Assembly: GCA_964016885.1 (NCBI GenBank)
Contig: OZ024759.1
Span: 30,504,001 to 30,568,000, forward strand
Origin: Eledone cirrhosa
Taxonomy: Eukaryota
DNA length: 64,000 bases
Reading direction: 5' to 3'
Both the position numbers and the translations under genes were made by a program. Under the pieces are notes generated by a model. The model had not been told where the DNA came from and did not search any database. It worked only from the letters and a program-made list of their open reading frames with translations. Shown one piece after another: positions 27,010-39,372 of the stretch. Positions within the stretch are counted from its first letter, which is position 1, and the number at the start of each line of letters is the position of its first letter.

Positions 27010-30000
27010 CTACAGGCGCATGATCAGAGTAGGCCCACTCACGCGGGCCATTCTCGCCACATTCACCCACCTTTCAGTAAATGTACTGGGGGGCAGCACT
27101 TCTCTCTCCACCCTCACCTTCCTTTCCAAGTGAAACTTGAAGAAGTTGATGAGGGATTGGCCGAAGAGAAAAGTGTCTGTCTTCAGTCCTTTCAACCTGG
27201 TCCACCATGCAACCTCTTTCGCTACTGCCACCAGGCAGAGGAAAATTGCCTGCCCTTCCTGACCAAAAGAAGGCGGCGGGTCAATCTTCACTATGGACTC
27301 GGACGATAGCCGGATCCGTTCTACACGCGACAATAGCTGTTCGACATAACCCCACAAGTCAGCAATGCACGGACACTGGACGAGTGCGTGCAGAACGGTT
27401 TCGTCGCTCTGCGCGCATCTCGGGCAGGTTCGTCTGACAGCACTTCCGTGCCTGTAGAGTTTATCCCGAACCGGCAGCGCCCCCCGGTAGCACTGCCAAG
27501 CGAGGGATTTCTGGAAGTTATCCATCGTCCCCGGCTCGAAAGTCCTCCGGAACATACTGGTCAGTTCTACTTCGTTGACGCCCAGAGCCTCTCCTAGTAC
27601 GTCATCGCACTTGCTCTCCACTAATCCTCTATAGAAATCTTGAGTGGAAGTTCCACTGACCGCATTGCCCACCTTGCAGAGTGCAGTGAGCGCCTGGCAA
27701 CATTCCAGATGCCAGTCGCCCAGTCTCGGTCTCTTCTTGACCCAGGACTGCAGCTCAGTCAAAGAGATGAGCTGCGGAAAGGCCCGTCTAACAAACGGCG
27801 ACCACACCTGTTCACCGTTTAGGCAAAATATCTGGAGATGTCGCAGCCTCAGCGCATGTCTGCGCATCATTAGCCACGGCATGCCCAGCCCTCCACGAAG
27901 AGGGTGCTGGCAGCAGATGGACCGCCTCACCAACGGGACCCGTCCCCTCCACAAAAATTTGAAAAGGAGCCGTTCCAAATTGGCGAGGCGTGGACGGGGG
28001 CAAGGCACGACGGTCAGGCGGTAGTAGATGACGGACGCGATGTACGCGTTCGCCACCTCCGCCCGCCCTTTCAGTGATAGCTTTCTCTCAGCCCATTTCT
28101 GGGTGAGGTTGGCTATCCTGCTCGTCACCTCGTCCCAATTCTTATCCACCTGGAGGTCTGGTCCGAACCAAACCCCGAGCAACTTTACCGGTCCGTCTGT
28201 CCAGCGCCCAACGACGCTGTTGGACGGCATGGACTTGCCTCTCCAGGTGCCGAGCTGCAAGCCCACCGACTTTTCCGGGTTAAGTTTTGCTCCCGTCAAC
28301 CTTTCATATTCCTCCAAATGGGTGCGGATCACCTCGATTTCCGAGGTGTCCGACACCATCACGGTGATGTCGTCCGCATAAGCGGACGCAGCCTTTCTAC
28401 GTCCCGGTTCGAGCGGGATGCCCTGCAACAACTCCAGCTTCCGCAGTAGAGGCTCAAGAGTCAATACGTACAGAAGTGAGGAGAGAGGGCACCCTTGACG
28501 GACCGATCGAGAGATCTGAAACGGTTCCGAGAGGTGGCCATTAACTTTGACCACCGAGCGGATGCCGCTGTACATTGCAGCGATCCAGCTTCTGAAGACG
28601 GGGCCGAAGCCAGCCGCCTCGAGGACAGCCTCCAAGTACCGATGGTCGACCCTATCGAATGCTTTCGATTGATCTAAATTGATCAGAGCCCCACCGAAGC
28701 CAGGTTTGCACCCAACCCTCTCTATGATGTATCGCATGAGGTGGAGGTTGTCGTGTATGGACCTGGTCGGGATTGCGCAAGTTTGCGCCTCCCCAACCAA
28801 ATCTTTGACGACAAGCGCCAACCTTTTCGCTAACACCTTGGCCAAAATCTTAAACTCTGTGTTGAGCAGGGTTATGGGCCTGAAATTATCTAGTGTGTCC
28901 CTCTTGTTCTCGTCTTTCCTTATCAGCGTCACTACGCCACGGCTCACAGAACTGGGAATGCTCCCGTTCTGCTGCCAGTTGCAGTAGAGCGCTTCGAGGA
29001 GATCGGAGAACAAGTCTGGCATATTTACGTAAAGCTCGTAGGGCAGACCATCCAAACCGGGTGACTTGCGACTCGAGCAGCCGACAAGGGCGTCCTGAAT
29101 TTCGGCTGATGTTATCGGCTCTTCGCAGCGCTCAGCGTCGGCCGTCGAGAGGCGTGGCAAGCCGTCGAGGTAGGGACTGAAGTCCGCCGCCGTCTCCGAC
29201 TCACCCATCCTCCCGAACAATCGAGCAAAGTGCTGGCGAAAGGCCTCACACATCTGCTTGGAATCGCTCAGTTCGTGTCCATCTCGATCCGTCAAAGACC
29301 GAATTGTGGTTTTATTTCCACGCTGCGTCTCTGCAAAGCGAGCCCATCGGGCAGCTTTGGTTCCCTCGTTCCTCAGAGCACGCGCCTTAGCTCTGACAAT
29401 GCAACCTTCGTGTTTCGCATTGAAGAAATGGTCTAGTGCCATTCTCGCCGCTAGCACGTCTGTTGCAATGCCACTACAAATAGCCTCGTCTAACTTAGCT
29501 ATCAGCCCCTCCTCCTTTCTATTTTTCTCTATTGCTACTTCTTTGCTAAATCCTATCGAGGTTGCTCTAATCTCTCTTTTGAGTGCCCCCCACCACCTGT
29601 TGTTGACAACCCCCCCTGTCAACTTTTGCTTAACTAAGTTGTTGACCCGGTCCCTGTAAGCTTTACGTGCCGGAAACGACATGTTTAGCTTCCAGTAGCT
29701 AGGTCCTAACCTACGTGTCTTATCTAGGTCGACCATACAGATCACAAGCTTGTGATCTGAATAGGCAACCGTTTTAAAATGTGGACATCCTACACTATTT
29801 CTATCTCTTTTCCTAATGAAAATCCTATCTATGTACGATCTAGATGACCCTATGCGATTGGTCCAGGTCCATACTGGCGCATTAGGGAAATCTAGTCGGT
29901 ACCTGTCAGACAGTTGAAACTGGCTGATCAGGTACTTGAGGCTTTTGCACCCCCCGCTCCTATCAGATACTCCCACACAATCCCAGCGTGCTTCTAAGAT

Positions 30001-30429
30001 GCCATTCCAATCCCCTATTAACAGTAAAGGGCGAGACGTAAGCAGAAAGTTTTCCAGGCGCCTAAAGAAGTCCGGCCGACCGGCCCCAGTAGGGGCGTAG
30101 ACGGCCACCAGTCTAAAGGCACCACCTTCGCTATTGCTCACGTCCAGGACCACCAACTTTCCGTCAGGATCCCGGAAGATTGACCTTACCTCGAGATCCA
30201 GACATTTCCTAAACAGCACAGCCACTCCACCTCCCATTCCCGGCCGACTAACAGATGCAAAGATCTGATAATCGTCGAAAATCGGCGCCAGTGCGCGTGT
30301 GTCGGAAATTCTGGTCTCGCTGATGGCAATTACATCCATTCCTAGTGACCTGAGGTCGTTGAGCAAGTGACCTTGCTTCCAGGGCGACCCCAGGCCACGA
30401 ACATTTAAACTTCCTACTCTTATGGCCAT
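27010..30429 (-). CDS. LINE ORF2 polyprotein: AP-like endonuclease, reverse transcriptase and C-terminal Cys/His finger (1139 aa)
   Basis: APE motifs GSLNVRGL, DVIAISET, VAVYAP, IGDWN, SYIDRIF and SDHK, then WKLN. RT motifs KSPGLDG, FRPITLLNTEFKILAK, DQSKAFDRVDH, VRQGCPLS and AYADD. C-terminal CPRC...ETVLHALVQC. No stops or frameshifts. Confidence 0.97.
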   Translation of the reverse strand: MAIRVGSLNVRGLGSPWKQGHLLNDLRSLGMDVIAISETRISDTRALAPIFDDYQIFASVSRPGMGGGVAVLFRKCLDLEVRSIFRDPDGKLVVLDVSNSEGGAFRLVAVYAPTGAGRPDFFRRLENFLLTSRPLLLIGDWNGILEARWDCVGVSDRSGGCKSLKYLISQFQLSDRYRLDFPNAPVWTWTNRIGSSRSYIDRIFIRKRDRNSVGCPHFKTVAYSDHKLVICMVDLDKTRRLGPSYWKLNMSFPARKAYRDRVNNLVKQKLTGGVVNNRWWGALKREIRATSIGFSKEVAIEKNRKEEGLIAKLDEAICSGIATDVLAARMALDHFFNAKHEGCIVRAKARALRNEGTKAARWARFAETQRGNKTTIRSLTDRDGHELSDSKQMCEAFRQHFARLFGRMGESETAADFSPYLDGLPRLSTADAERCEEPITSAEIQDALVGCSSRKSPGLDGLPYELYVNMPDLFSDLLEALYCNWQQNGSIPSSVSRGVVTLIRKDENKRDTLDNFRPITLLNTEFKILAKVLAKRLALVVKDLVGEAQTCAIPTRSIHDNLHLMRYIIERVGCKPGFGGALINLDQSKAFDRVDHRYLEAVLEAAGFGPVFRSWIAAMYSGIRSVVKVNGHLSEPFQISRSVRQGCPLSSLLYVLTLEPLLRKLELLQGIPLEPGRRKAASAYADDITVMVSDTSEIEVIRTHLEEYERLTGAKLNPEKSVGLQLGTWRGKSMPSNSVVGRWTDGPVKLLGVWFGPDLQVDKNWDEVTSRIANLTQKWAERKLSLKGRAEVANAYIASVIYYRLTVVPCPRPRLANLERLLFKFLWRGRVPLVRRSICCQHPLRGGLGMPWLMMRRHALRLRHLQIFCLNGEQVWSPFVRRAFPQLISLTELQSWVKKRPRLGDWHLECCQALTALCKVGNAVSGTSTQDFYRGLVESKCDDVLGEALGVNEVELTSMFRRTFEPGTMDNFQKSLAWQCYRGALPVRDKLYRHGSAVRRTCPRCAQSDETVLHALVQCPCIADLWGYVEQLLSRVERIRLSSESIVKIDPPPSFGQEGQAIFLCLVAVAKEVAWWTRLKGLKTDTFLFGQSLINFFKFHLERKVRVEREVLPPSTFTERWVNVARMARVSGPTLIMRL

Positions 30430-30458
30430 GCTGGCAGGATGAATGGGAGAGGAAAGGT

Positions 30459-32369
30459 TTACTTACCTTCCGGGGTCTTGTGAAGGTCGGGTGGTTCGAC
30501 CTCCATGGTTTGTGGGGTTTCTTTTGGGAACCCCTTTAATAGTCTTGACGTGGGTTTTACGTTCGGGGTTCCCACATCCCGAGGAAAGCTCTTTCGAATT
30601 TCTTTGTATGAAGCGAGCGACATTCGCATCAGAAGCAAATTATCTGGTACGCGAAATGTGCTCGCTTCAAATGTTTCCCCGTCTTTTTCGATGTTTGTGC
30701 TTCGTGCTACATGGGCCATCAATTCCTTGTTGGCCCTTCTGGCAAGCACGAAGTTTTTAATGTTTTGTTGCTCGGGTTTTATTTGTTCGTGTGATTGTGG
30801 TGGTGATAGCTTTGTTAGTGTTGTTTCTATTGTGTCTGCGTTTGTTGTGGGTGGGGTGTCTGTAGTTTCTGATGTTTGTGTGTCTATTTGTTCTTGTGTC
30901 TGTTTAGCTTGTTTGCGTTTGGGGGATTGTGGTGGTTGTGTTGGTGATGCTGTGGGGAAAATGTTTGTGTGGGTGGTGTGTGTATTTTTTTTTGTGGGGG
31001 TGTTTGTGCTTTGTGGATTTCTTTTTTTTTTGTGTTTTGTTTTTTGTATTTTGGGGGACTTTGGTTTTCCCTCATCTTCACTGCTGGAGGATGAGGGGTC
31101 TGTGGCTGTGAGCGTGTTTGTGTCTGAGTGAGTGTTTATGTTCTTGTTCGTGTGTGTATTTTGGGGGGGAGGGGGAATGGGAGAGCTTTCCTCGTTTCCC
31201 CCCTGGGTGTACAATTTTGGTGGTTCCATTGTTGACGGTGTTGCTGGTGGTCCTTGTCCCGGCGTCGCCAGCAGTGGAATCTTTCGACCCCTTGCGCTTT
31301 TCGGCAGTTGAGGGCAGAAGGCTCGCAAGTGTGTCGTTTCCCCACAAAGGAAACAATGCGGCCTTTTGCCCTCAGTCATTATATGCAACACCCTCCCGTT
31401 TTGGAGGCGGATGTGGTCCGGGATTGTTTTTACGTTTTCGGGTCTGATTTGGAGCAGTATCTCCAGATCAACCCCGGACCAGTCGTCCCTGGCAGTTCTC
31501 GTTGCCTCTACCGGGACTGTATCCGTTCCTTCCACGATTACGCAACCCAGGAGCCACCACATATCAAGTCCTGGTGGAATCCTGGGAATGCGCACACGTG
31601 CTATTCGTTTTCCCATGTGGGAGGGGTACATTATGACCTTGCTGGTTTTGCAAGGGGTCATTGAATGCTTCACAGCGAGGGCTTCAGACTTGAACAGCAC
31701 CGAAACGGTGCCGTATTGCCTGCCCCTCTCTATGAAGTCTGTGTCCTCTCTGATGTATTTCAGTGCGGCTTCTATGTCAGCTTGGGCGATTATTGCTGCC
31801 CTCTTTGTCTCTACTGAGATGCATCTGAAATGCACCGTTCTTTTTTCCACTGCCTCAATGGCTTCTGCCGGGACAGTTAAGTTTGCCCAGGTCTGCTCTT
31901 GATTTATGATTTTCCAGGCCTGGGCCAACTTTTCCTCTCTGTTGGTTAAGTCGATGCTGTAGCATGGTCTCCTTTTAGCCGCTGCCACAGCAGCGAAAGT
32001 GTTCTTGTTGGTGTTGTCACTGTTGTTGTTCTTGTTGGTGTTGCTGCTGCTATTGCTGTTGTTGTTCTCCCCTGTGTCGTGGTTACCTTCTGTGCTGTTG
32101 GCCTTGTTGGTGCTGCTGCTGTCGCTACTATTACTCTCTGTGCTGTTCGTTTTGTTGGTGCTCTCGCTATTACCACCTTCTGCGCTGTTCGGCTTGTTGG
32201 TGTTGGTGTTGTCGCTGTTACCACCTTCCGCGCCGCTCGGCCCGTTGGTGCTGGCACTGTCGCTGCTCACATTCGTGCTGGTGGCGTTCCTCGCCTCACC
32301 TCTCCTCTCAACGCTCAAGTCGCCGTTGCACGACAGCAGACCCGCCTCTAGGGGGCGTGGCTCCGCCAT
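30459..32369 (-). CDS. LINE ORF1 nucleic-acid-binding (gag-like) protein (636 aa)
   Basis: Long ORF just upstream of ORF2 on the same strand. Contains a CX2CX4HX4C knuckle (CFLCGETTHLRAFC), an S/N/T-rich N-terminus and a P/T/K-rich linker, an organisation typical of Tx1-type ORF1. Confidence 0.9.
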   Translation of the reverse strand: MAEPRPLEAGLLSCNGDLSVERRGEARNATSTNVSSDSASTNGPSGAEGGNSDNTNTNKPNSAEGGNSESTNKTNSTESNSSDSSSTNKANSTEGNHDTGENNNSNSSSNTNKNNNSDNTNKNTFAAVAAAKRRPCYSIDLTNREEKLAQAWKIINQEQTWANLTVPAEAIEAVEKRTVHFRCISVETKRAAIIAQADIEAALKYIREDTDFIERGRQYGTVSVLFKSEALAVKHSMTPCKTSKVIMYPSHMGKRIARVRIPRIPPGLDMWWLLGCVIVEGTDTVPVEATRTARDDWSGVDLEILLQIRPENVKTIPDHIRLQNGRVLHIMTEGKRPHCFLCGETTHLRAFCPQLPKSARGRKIPLLATPGQGPPATPSTMEPPKLYTQGGNEESSPIPPPPQNTHTNKNINTHSDTNTLTATDPSSSSSEDEGKPKSPKIQKTKHKKKRNPQSTNTPTKKNTHTTHTNIFPTASPTQPPQSPKRKQAKQTQEQIDTQTSETTDTPPTTNADTIETTLTKLSPPQSHEQIKPEQQNIKNFVLARRANKELMAHVARSTNIEKDGETFEASTFRVPDNLLLMRMSLASYKEIRKSFPRDVGTPNVKPTSRLLKGFPKETPQTMEVEPPDLHKTPEGK

Positions 32370-32966
32370 GTTTTTTTGAGAAAAAAATTATTATTTTTTT
32401 TTTCAAAATAAAGTTCAAATATTTGGGCCAAAAGGCCCAAATATTATGAGTTATTCCTTCACAGGATACAAATTAATGTCTTATAATGCTTCAGCGGTAC
32501 AAAAAATAAACAATTCTCTACAATTAATCCTCAAAAATTGCTTACTCACGGAGCTTCAAAAAACGTACATCCACTTTCGTCAATAATAATAATAATAATA
32601 ACCAGAAATTATTTCAGTGCAAACTATTATATTTGTAACCAGAGAAAGTTGAGTTTCTTTTGTTTATTTTTCTACTGACGCCAAAGAACCAAAAATCATG
32701 TTTTTCTTCTTCTTTATGATAATGTTGAACTTTGAATGAGGTTAGATATTTAAGATGAAGATATTTAAATTCATGTAAATAATGGCGGTGACTATGAAGT
32801 CGTTATAAAGCTCCGTCATGATATAACTACCAGCAATAACAGTAGATAATGTCTAACATCGTAATTGTAACGACTATTTTCGTGTTGTCTACTTTACATA
32901 GCTTGAAGTGTAAGAACTACACTATTATTTTATGTATGTATGTAACTATAGATATGTATGTATGCA

Positions 32967-33070
<104 letters not shown>

Positions 33071-33082
33071 GATAGAGAGAAC

Positions 33083-33181
33083 TGACTTCTACAGGACTAG
33101 AACCTTTTCATTCGTATGAAATCATCAGGAAGTTACTGATGATTTCATGAGAATAAAACAGTTCTACTCTTGTAGAGGTCA
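33083..33181. ncRNA. Back-to-back inverted pair of family A hammerhead motifs, both partly degenerate
   Basis: Minus strand ACTTC-CTGATGA-TTTCATACGAAT-GAAAAGG-TTCTAGTC-CTGTA-GAAGT. Plus strand CTGATGA-TTTCATGAGAAT-AAAACAG-TTCTACTC-TTGTA-GAGGTC. Confidence 0.65.
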
Positions 33182-33726
33182 TTCATAGATATAGTCATAT
33201 CTACACCTTACATACGTATTGAGTACCTCCTTTAAAATTGTAATTACCCACCGACATTGCTCTAGAATTTACACACACACACACATATATATATATGAAA
33301 GTGTCGGGACCCCAGTTCCATAGTGGAACTAGTTGTTGAAATGGCAAAGGCTCAGCTGTCGGCGTCCCGAGTCTTTCATATTACCACATTCTACAACCCC
33401 ATGTCTCGAGAATTGGTCTGTGTGTTTGTATACAGCACGGAGTATAAGTTGAGAAAACGTAAATCGTATACCTATGTGTTTGATCATGCCTATATCTTGT
33501 ATATATATATCTGTGACTACATCTGGTAATGTGTGTAGTGTGTGTGTATCTGTATCTCTGTATATTTGTATGTATGTGTCTGCATGCTTGTTTCATTGTC
33601 TGTGTATGTGTATACGTATCTGTGTGTTTGCGCGTAGTTGTCTTCTTTCTTATATTTTTGTGCTTATGTTTGCAGTTGCTATAAATCTATATATATGCAC
33701 ACACACACATACATACACACACACAC

Positions 33727-33839
<113 letters not shown>

Positions 33840-33870
33840 AATACATGCACACACACACATATATACAGAC

Positions 33871-33997
<127 letters not shown>

Positions 33998-34403
33998 TAT
34001 GTGTGTGTGTATGTGTGTGTATATGTAAATGTGAAGCCAACAAAGCTAGCCTCCATAATATATATAGAGACTTACAACACTTATAGCTTACAGAAAAGAT
34101 CTTCTCAATTTTCATTGCTTTTAAAATGGCGGCCAATAATTTTCACTTAATTTTTTCCCCAGCCAAGCTTAATGTAGATCGTCTGCTATCTTTTGCTATC
34201 TTCTGTAAACACTTCACTTTTACTGTGATGACCATTTCTTTCTATTTATTGCTCAACTCTACAGTTATTTTCTAAACTTTCCTGGAACATTTTTGTCTCG
34301 AGTAGTATTAAATAATATTATACTCTTTCTTTTTTTTAGTATTCAACACTTTCGCTGCGCACATACATACAGAAGCACAAAAATACACACTGGCGTACAC
34401 AGA

Positions 34404-34488
<85 letters not shown>

Positions 34489-34618
34489 ATATTATATATA
34501 TATATATTATATATATATTTTATATATATATATATTATATATATTATAATATATATATTATACATATATATATATTATATATATATATGTATATTATATA
34601 TATAAATTATATTTTATA

Positions 34619-34697
<79 letters not shown>

Positions 34698-34796
34698 GAC
34701 GCATAAGTACATGTGTGCATAGATACATATATACATATGTATAGTGTATTATGCAGATTTTGTAATGATATATACGTATTGTATACATACACACAG

Positions 34797-34838
<42 letters not shown>

Positions 34839-34914
34839 GTATATATATAGTTAGTGAATGAAACAAAAAAAAAGACAGGAAGCAATAGGTTCACGCTAGG
34901 TGGAAGTGGAGGAG

Positions 34915-34950
34915 GTATTGACGTTTCGGACAGACTCGTTCTTCAGGAAA
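34915..34950 (-). ncRNA. Degenerate minimal hammerhead motif
   Basis: Minus strand CTGAAGA-ACGAGTCTGTCC-GAAACGTC in a ~160-bp island between (TA)n runs. Stems I and II are poorly supported. Confidence 0.4.
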
Positions 34951-35006
34951 TTTCGGATAAGGAGGGAATAGATACACGTAAGAATAGTCAGAGAAGGTTA
35001 GAGAAG

Positions 35007-35067
<61 letters not shown>

Positions 35068-35785
35068 TTTACCCACCCTAGACATATATATATATATATA
35101 TGGGTGTGTGTATATATATATGTATACATATATGGGGGCGGTGAAAGATCAATGTTGTGGGGCCAGGGTGGTGGGTTCTAGGGTCACATGGGTGTAGTTG
35201 TGTGTGTGTGTGTGGAAGGGGAGAAATTGGTAGATGTGCGTTGCTTTAGTAAGTCTCACAGTGTCTTGTAATATATTTAACCGCGGTGGTCGAATGATTT
35301 TTAAAACCAGTTAACGATTAAATTAATAAAGTATATAAGAATTCGGTTTAGCCCCGAAAAACTCACAATGTAATACTGTAGGTGCTAGTGAAATATCTTT
35401 AGCTACTTCAATGTTTTGTGCTTTGTATTTGTGTGTGTATGAAGAACGGAAGAAAATGTCAGCCGAGAAGCAATGAAATGAAAAAATATTAATCTTAAAA
35501 TACGATAGAGTATTACATCAGTTGAAGGTTATATTGAGGAGATAACATCAGATATCTTCAATTCTGTCATCTCAACAAGACCAATGACATGTTAAGGATA
35601 CGACAATAAATATCGGCCTCTTCAGATAAAAACACTTGTACTTTACAAAAGACAATATATCACATATATAAAGTTTCACCTTATATAACTATTCAATGAT
35701 TTTATTCGTTTCTTATCTTTATTGACATTTCGTCGTTGCCTCGTTCAGTCAGTAATCTAGAAACGGGAAGAGGCACAGTACACAC

Positions 35786-35945
<160 letters not shown>

Positions 35946-36080
35946 ACATTATATATACATATACATACGTATATGTACACACACACATATATATGTATGT
36001 ATAAATGTATATATATATATATATAAATATATATATACACACATATATATATATGCCTATATATATATGTATACATATAC

Positions 36081-36171
<91 letters not shown>

Positions 36172-36289
36172 TGTATGTATGTATGTATGTATATACATGT
36201 GTATGTATGTATGTATGTATATATATACATGTGTATGTATGTATGTATGTATGTATGTATGTATGTATGTATGTATGTATGTATGTATG

Positions 36290-36323
<34 letters not shown>

Positions 36324-36629
36324 TGTATGTATGTATGTATATATGTACATGTGTATGTATATGTAAGATGTGTGGATAGTGTTGGTAAGTGTGTAGATAA
36401 CATCTGTTTACTTATTGTTATTGATGTAGAAGACATATATTGTTTGTTATTAAAATCAGAGGTAATAATATTGTGATAATATAAAAAAGACACCCAAAAT
36501 GAAGTTTATAAGATTTAATTTACTAGATTTTTCTCAACACGCTGGCGCATATGTGTATCTGTGTATGTGTATGTGTACGTCCATATGCATATATTTATAT
36601 GTATGAGTATATAAATGTAAACCCGCAAA

Positions 36630-36880
36630 CACCGACACACTTGAAAGTGTGCAACTGGCTGAGTATTCCATAAAGTCGCATACCTATAATGCAGTTCTCA
36701 AGGAGATTCGGCATGACACAGCATGAGACAAGAATGGCCCTTCGATTTACAGGCACAATTCATGGAGCAAGGTGAAATAAAGTGTCTTGCTGAAGGGGGA
36801 CACAACGCACCTCCGGCAATCGAACTCCCGAGCTTACGATCGTGAGACGACTACCCTAACCACAAAGCCACGCGCCTTCA
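36630..36880 (-). mobile_element. tRNA-derived SINE family 2
   Basis: Minus strand GAAGGCGCGTGGCTTTGTGGTTAG (A-box) ... GAGTTCGATTGCC (B-box) ... TTGTGTCC..CAGCAAGACACTTTATTTCAC. The same 5' end is seen at about 10978. Confidence 0.75.
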
Positions 36881-36955
36881 CAATTAAAAGTAGAGGCTTG
36901 CTGATTACCTACAAAACACCTTATTTCACTGACTGTTTCTAGACTGTTTTTAGGT

Positions 36956-37075
36956 GAAGGCGCAATCGAAAGGTTGTGAGTTCGATTCTCGAACCGAGTG
37001 ATGTGTTGTGTCCTTGAGCAAGGCACTTTATTTCACGTTGCTTCAGTTTACTCAGCTGTAGAAATGAGTTGCGAT
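36956..37075 (+). mobile_element. SINE family 2 copy with internal deletion, head-to-head with the previous copy
   Basis: GAAGGCGC..GTGAGTTCGATTCTC..TTGTGTCCTTGAGCAAGGCACTTTATTTCACGTTGC. Confidence 0.7.
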
Positions 37076-37579
37076 TCTGCCAAGTCAATGGCTGGCAGTA
37101 GTTCCAGCTGCCCGCATCAAAAGACTGGTGAGTGGTTCAGAGAACAATGAGGCTTTCCAGATGTTCAATGCAAATTGACAATGGAAAGGCGCCCTCGCTC
37201 GAGTTAGAAGATAATTATTAACCTTCAGGAGAAGCAGCGACCCCTTCAGGAGAAGCAGCGACCAAATTCAATGCTCCTAGGGGCGGCCCTGGTTCTTCTC
37301 ATTTGCGAGTGTAAACTCGGCCAGATTACATTAGATTAGATTCTAGTCAAGGACAAAAGGACGCCAATCTCTAATTTTAAATAAATTCAAAGTAAGGTTT
37401 CAGTCTGATTTTCCTTCACTCATTTGTATTTAATTATAATTAATTATTTAAATTAGAAGCCATATTGGTGTGAAATAATATCATTGTCTTGATGAAAGAT
37501 TCGTAACAACACAATGTGACAAATCACGAATGAGAAATTGTATTTCAAATAAATAAGATTTATCAAATATATTATACCT

Positions 37580-38083
37580 ACTGAAAAGTTCATAGGCTGA
37601 CCAAGATACTCTCATGGAATGACCAAATGAAGTTTATTTTTGCAACACAATCTCTGGAAAGAAACAATACAGTTATTAATAAGACGAGTTGGAATATGCT
37701 GACTAAGATACCATCATGGAATGATCAAATGAAGTTTATTTTTTCAACCTGGTAAGAAACAATATAGTTATTAACAAGAGGAGTTGAAATAGTCTGAACA
37801 GTTCAAAGGCTGACCAAGATACTCTCATGGAATGACGAAAGGAGGTTTATTTTTCCAAATAGTCCATAGAAAGAAACAATGGAGTTATTAATAAGAAGTT
37901 TTGAAATAGGCTGAGCAAGATACTCTCATGGAATGACCAAATGAAGTTTATTTTTCCAACATAGGCCCTAGAAAGGAACAATACAGTTATCAATAAGAAA
38001 AGTTGAAATTAATGCATGCAAGATTTCACAGCCCTAGCATCACTCTTTCATAGTTAGCTTATGAAACTTCCATCCTACCCTCG
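37580..38083. mobile_element. Mariner-derived MITE with internal tandem amplification
   Basis: Left end ACTGAAAAGTTCATAGGCT, right end AGCTTATGAAACTTCCATCCTACCCTCG. Four copies of GCTGACCAAGATACTCTCATGGAATGACCAAATGAAGTTTATTTT. A single-unit relative lies in reverse at about 60322-60488 and ends ACCCTCG. Confidence 0.65.
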
Positions 38084-38959
38084 CAGATTGCAAAGAGTTA
38101 TGAGTCGGATGTTTAAAACTGTTTGTCTCACTACATTACTGATTCTAGTGCTCTCATTACTACCAGTTTTCTTGCAGAGGGCATCCCTGTGCATATGTTT
38201 CAAGTTATTGTTTCTGGTAAATATAGGTTGTCTGACATAGAAATGTTTATTTTTAAAAAGCATCCCGATTTAGATAACAGAAATATACATGTTTAATAAT
38301 CACAGAAAATATAAAAGATATATAAAAATATAAAAATATATCAAACCACATAATAATTAACAAGAAGAGCAACAACAACAACAACGGCAACTCCAACACC
38401 AACAAGAACAACAGTAACAACATCAACAATAACAACAGCAGCAGCAGCAACAGCAACAACAACAGCCACAAAAAACAACAACAACACCAACAAAAACTGC
38501 ATCAACAACAACAGCAACAATAACAACAACAACAACAACAACAACAACAGCAACTGCAACACCAACAGCAGCAGGAGCAACTACAACAGCAACATCAACA
38601 ACAACCACATCAACAGGCACAACAGAAACAACAACAGCTACAACAACAAGCACAACAACAGCAACAACAGCAGCCACAACAACAACAACAACCACAACAG
38701 CTACAACAACAACCCCAACATCAGCCATGACAACAACCACAACAACAGACACAACAGCTACAACAACAACAACAACAACAAAGCCTATAACAAATATAGC
38801 TGCTGACCAATGAAAGTGAAAACAAAAATATATGCCGGGTCAGTCTCAAAAGACCAACAGCTGGATATCAACGTCAGACATATTATAAATAACCCGAGAA
38901 AGACTGAGTTTAATTTAAAATGGAGGAATAGAACAAATGACTGCTGCAGAAATAACAAT

Positions 38960-39197
38960 AACAATAAGAAGCAACAAAATGAAGCATAGAAAATTGGGAA
39001 AATGAATATATATATATATATATAATTAATATTAATAATAGAAAAGTATTTTATAAGGGGCGATAGAAAAGACAGTTTGGAGAGTTAACTAAGAATAACG
39101 GGGAAAAAATATGAATGTAAAAAAAAAAAAAAAAAGGAATGATAGAGGGGGAAGGAAATTGAAACAAAAAATAAGAAGCAAAAGGAAGCATAGAGAA

Positions 39198-39248
<51 letters not shown>

Positions 39249-39372
39249 TATTAATGATAGAAAGGTATGTTATGAGGGGCGATAGAAAAGACAGTTTGGA
39301 GAGTTAACAATAAGAATAACGGGAAAAAAATATGAATGTAAGACAAAAGGAATGATAGAGAGGGAAGGAAAT
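38960..39372. repeat. Local tandem duplication of about 200 bp
   Basis: GAAGCATAGA..(TA)n..ATTAATATTAAT.ATAGAAA..GGGGCGATAGAAAAGACAGTTTGGAGAGTTAAC..AAGGAATGATAGAG.GGGAAGGAAATTG occurs twice. Confidence 0.85.

Noticed and set aside
30431-30466. 36-nt GT..AG mini-intron fusing ORF1 to ORF2
   Set aside because: Removal gives GAA GCA TGG CCA TAA, which is out of frame with ORF2, and 36 nt is very short for an animal intron.
27207-32379. Plus-strand and alternative-frame ORFs overlapping the LINE
   Set aside because: Shadow frames of a GC-richer coding region with no motifs of their own.
35720-35756. Additional hammerhead on the minus strand (CTGACTGA...GAAATGTC)
   Set aside because: Core spacing is wrong and stem II is poorly paired, so it is too degenerate to call.
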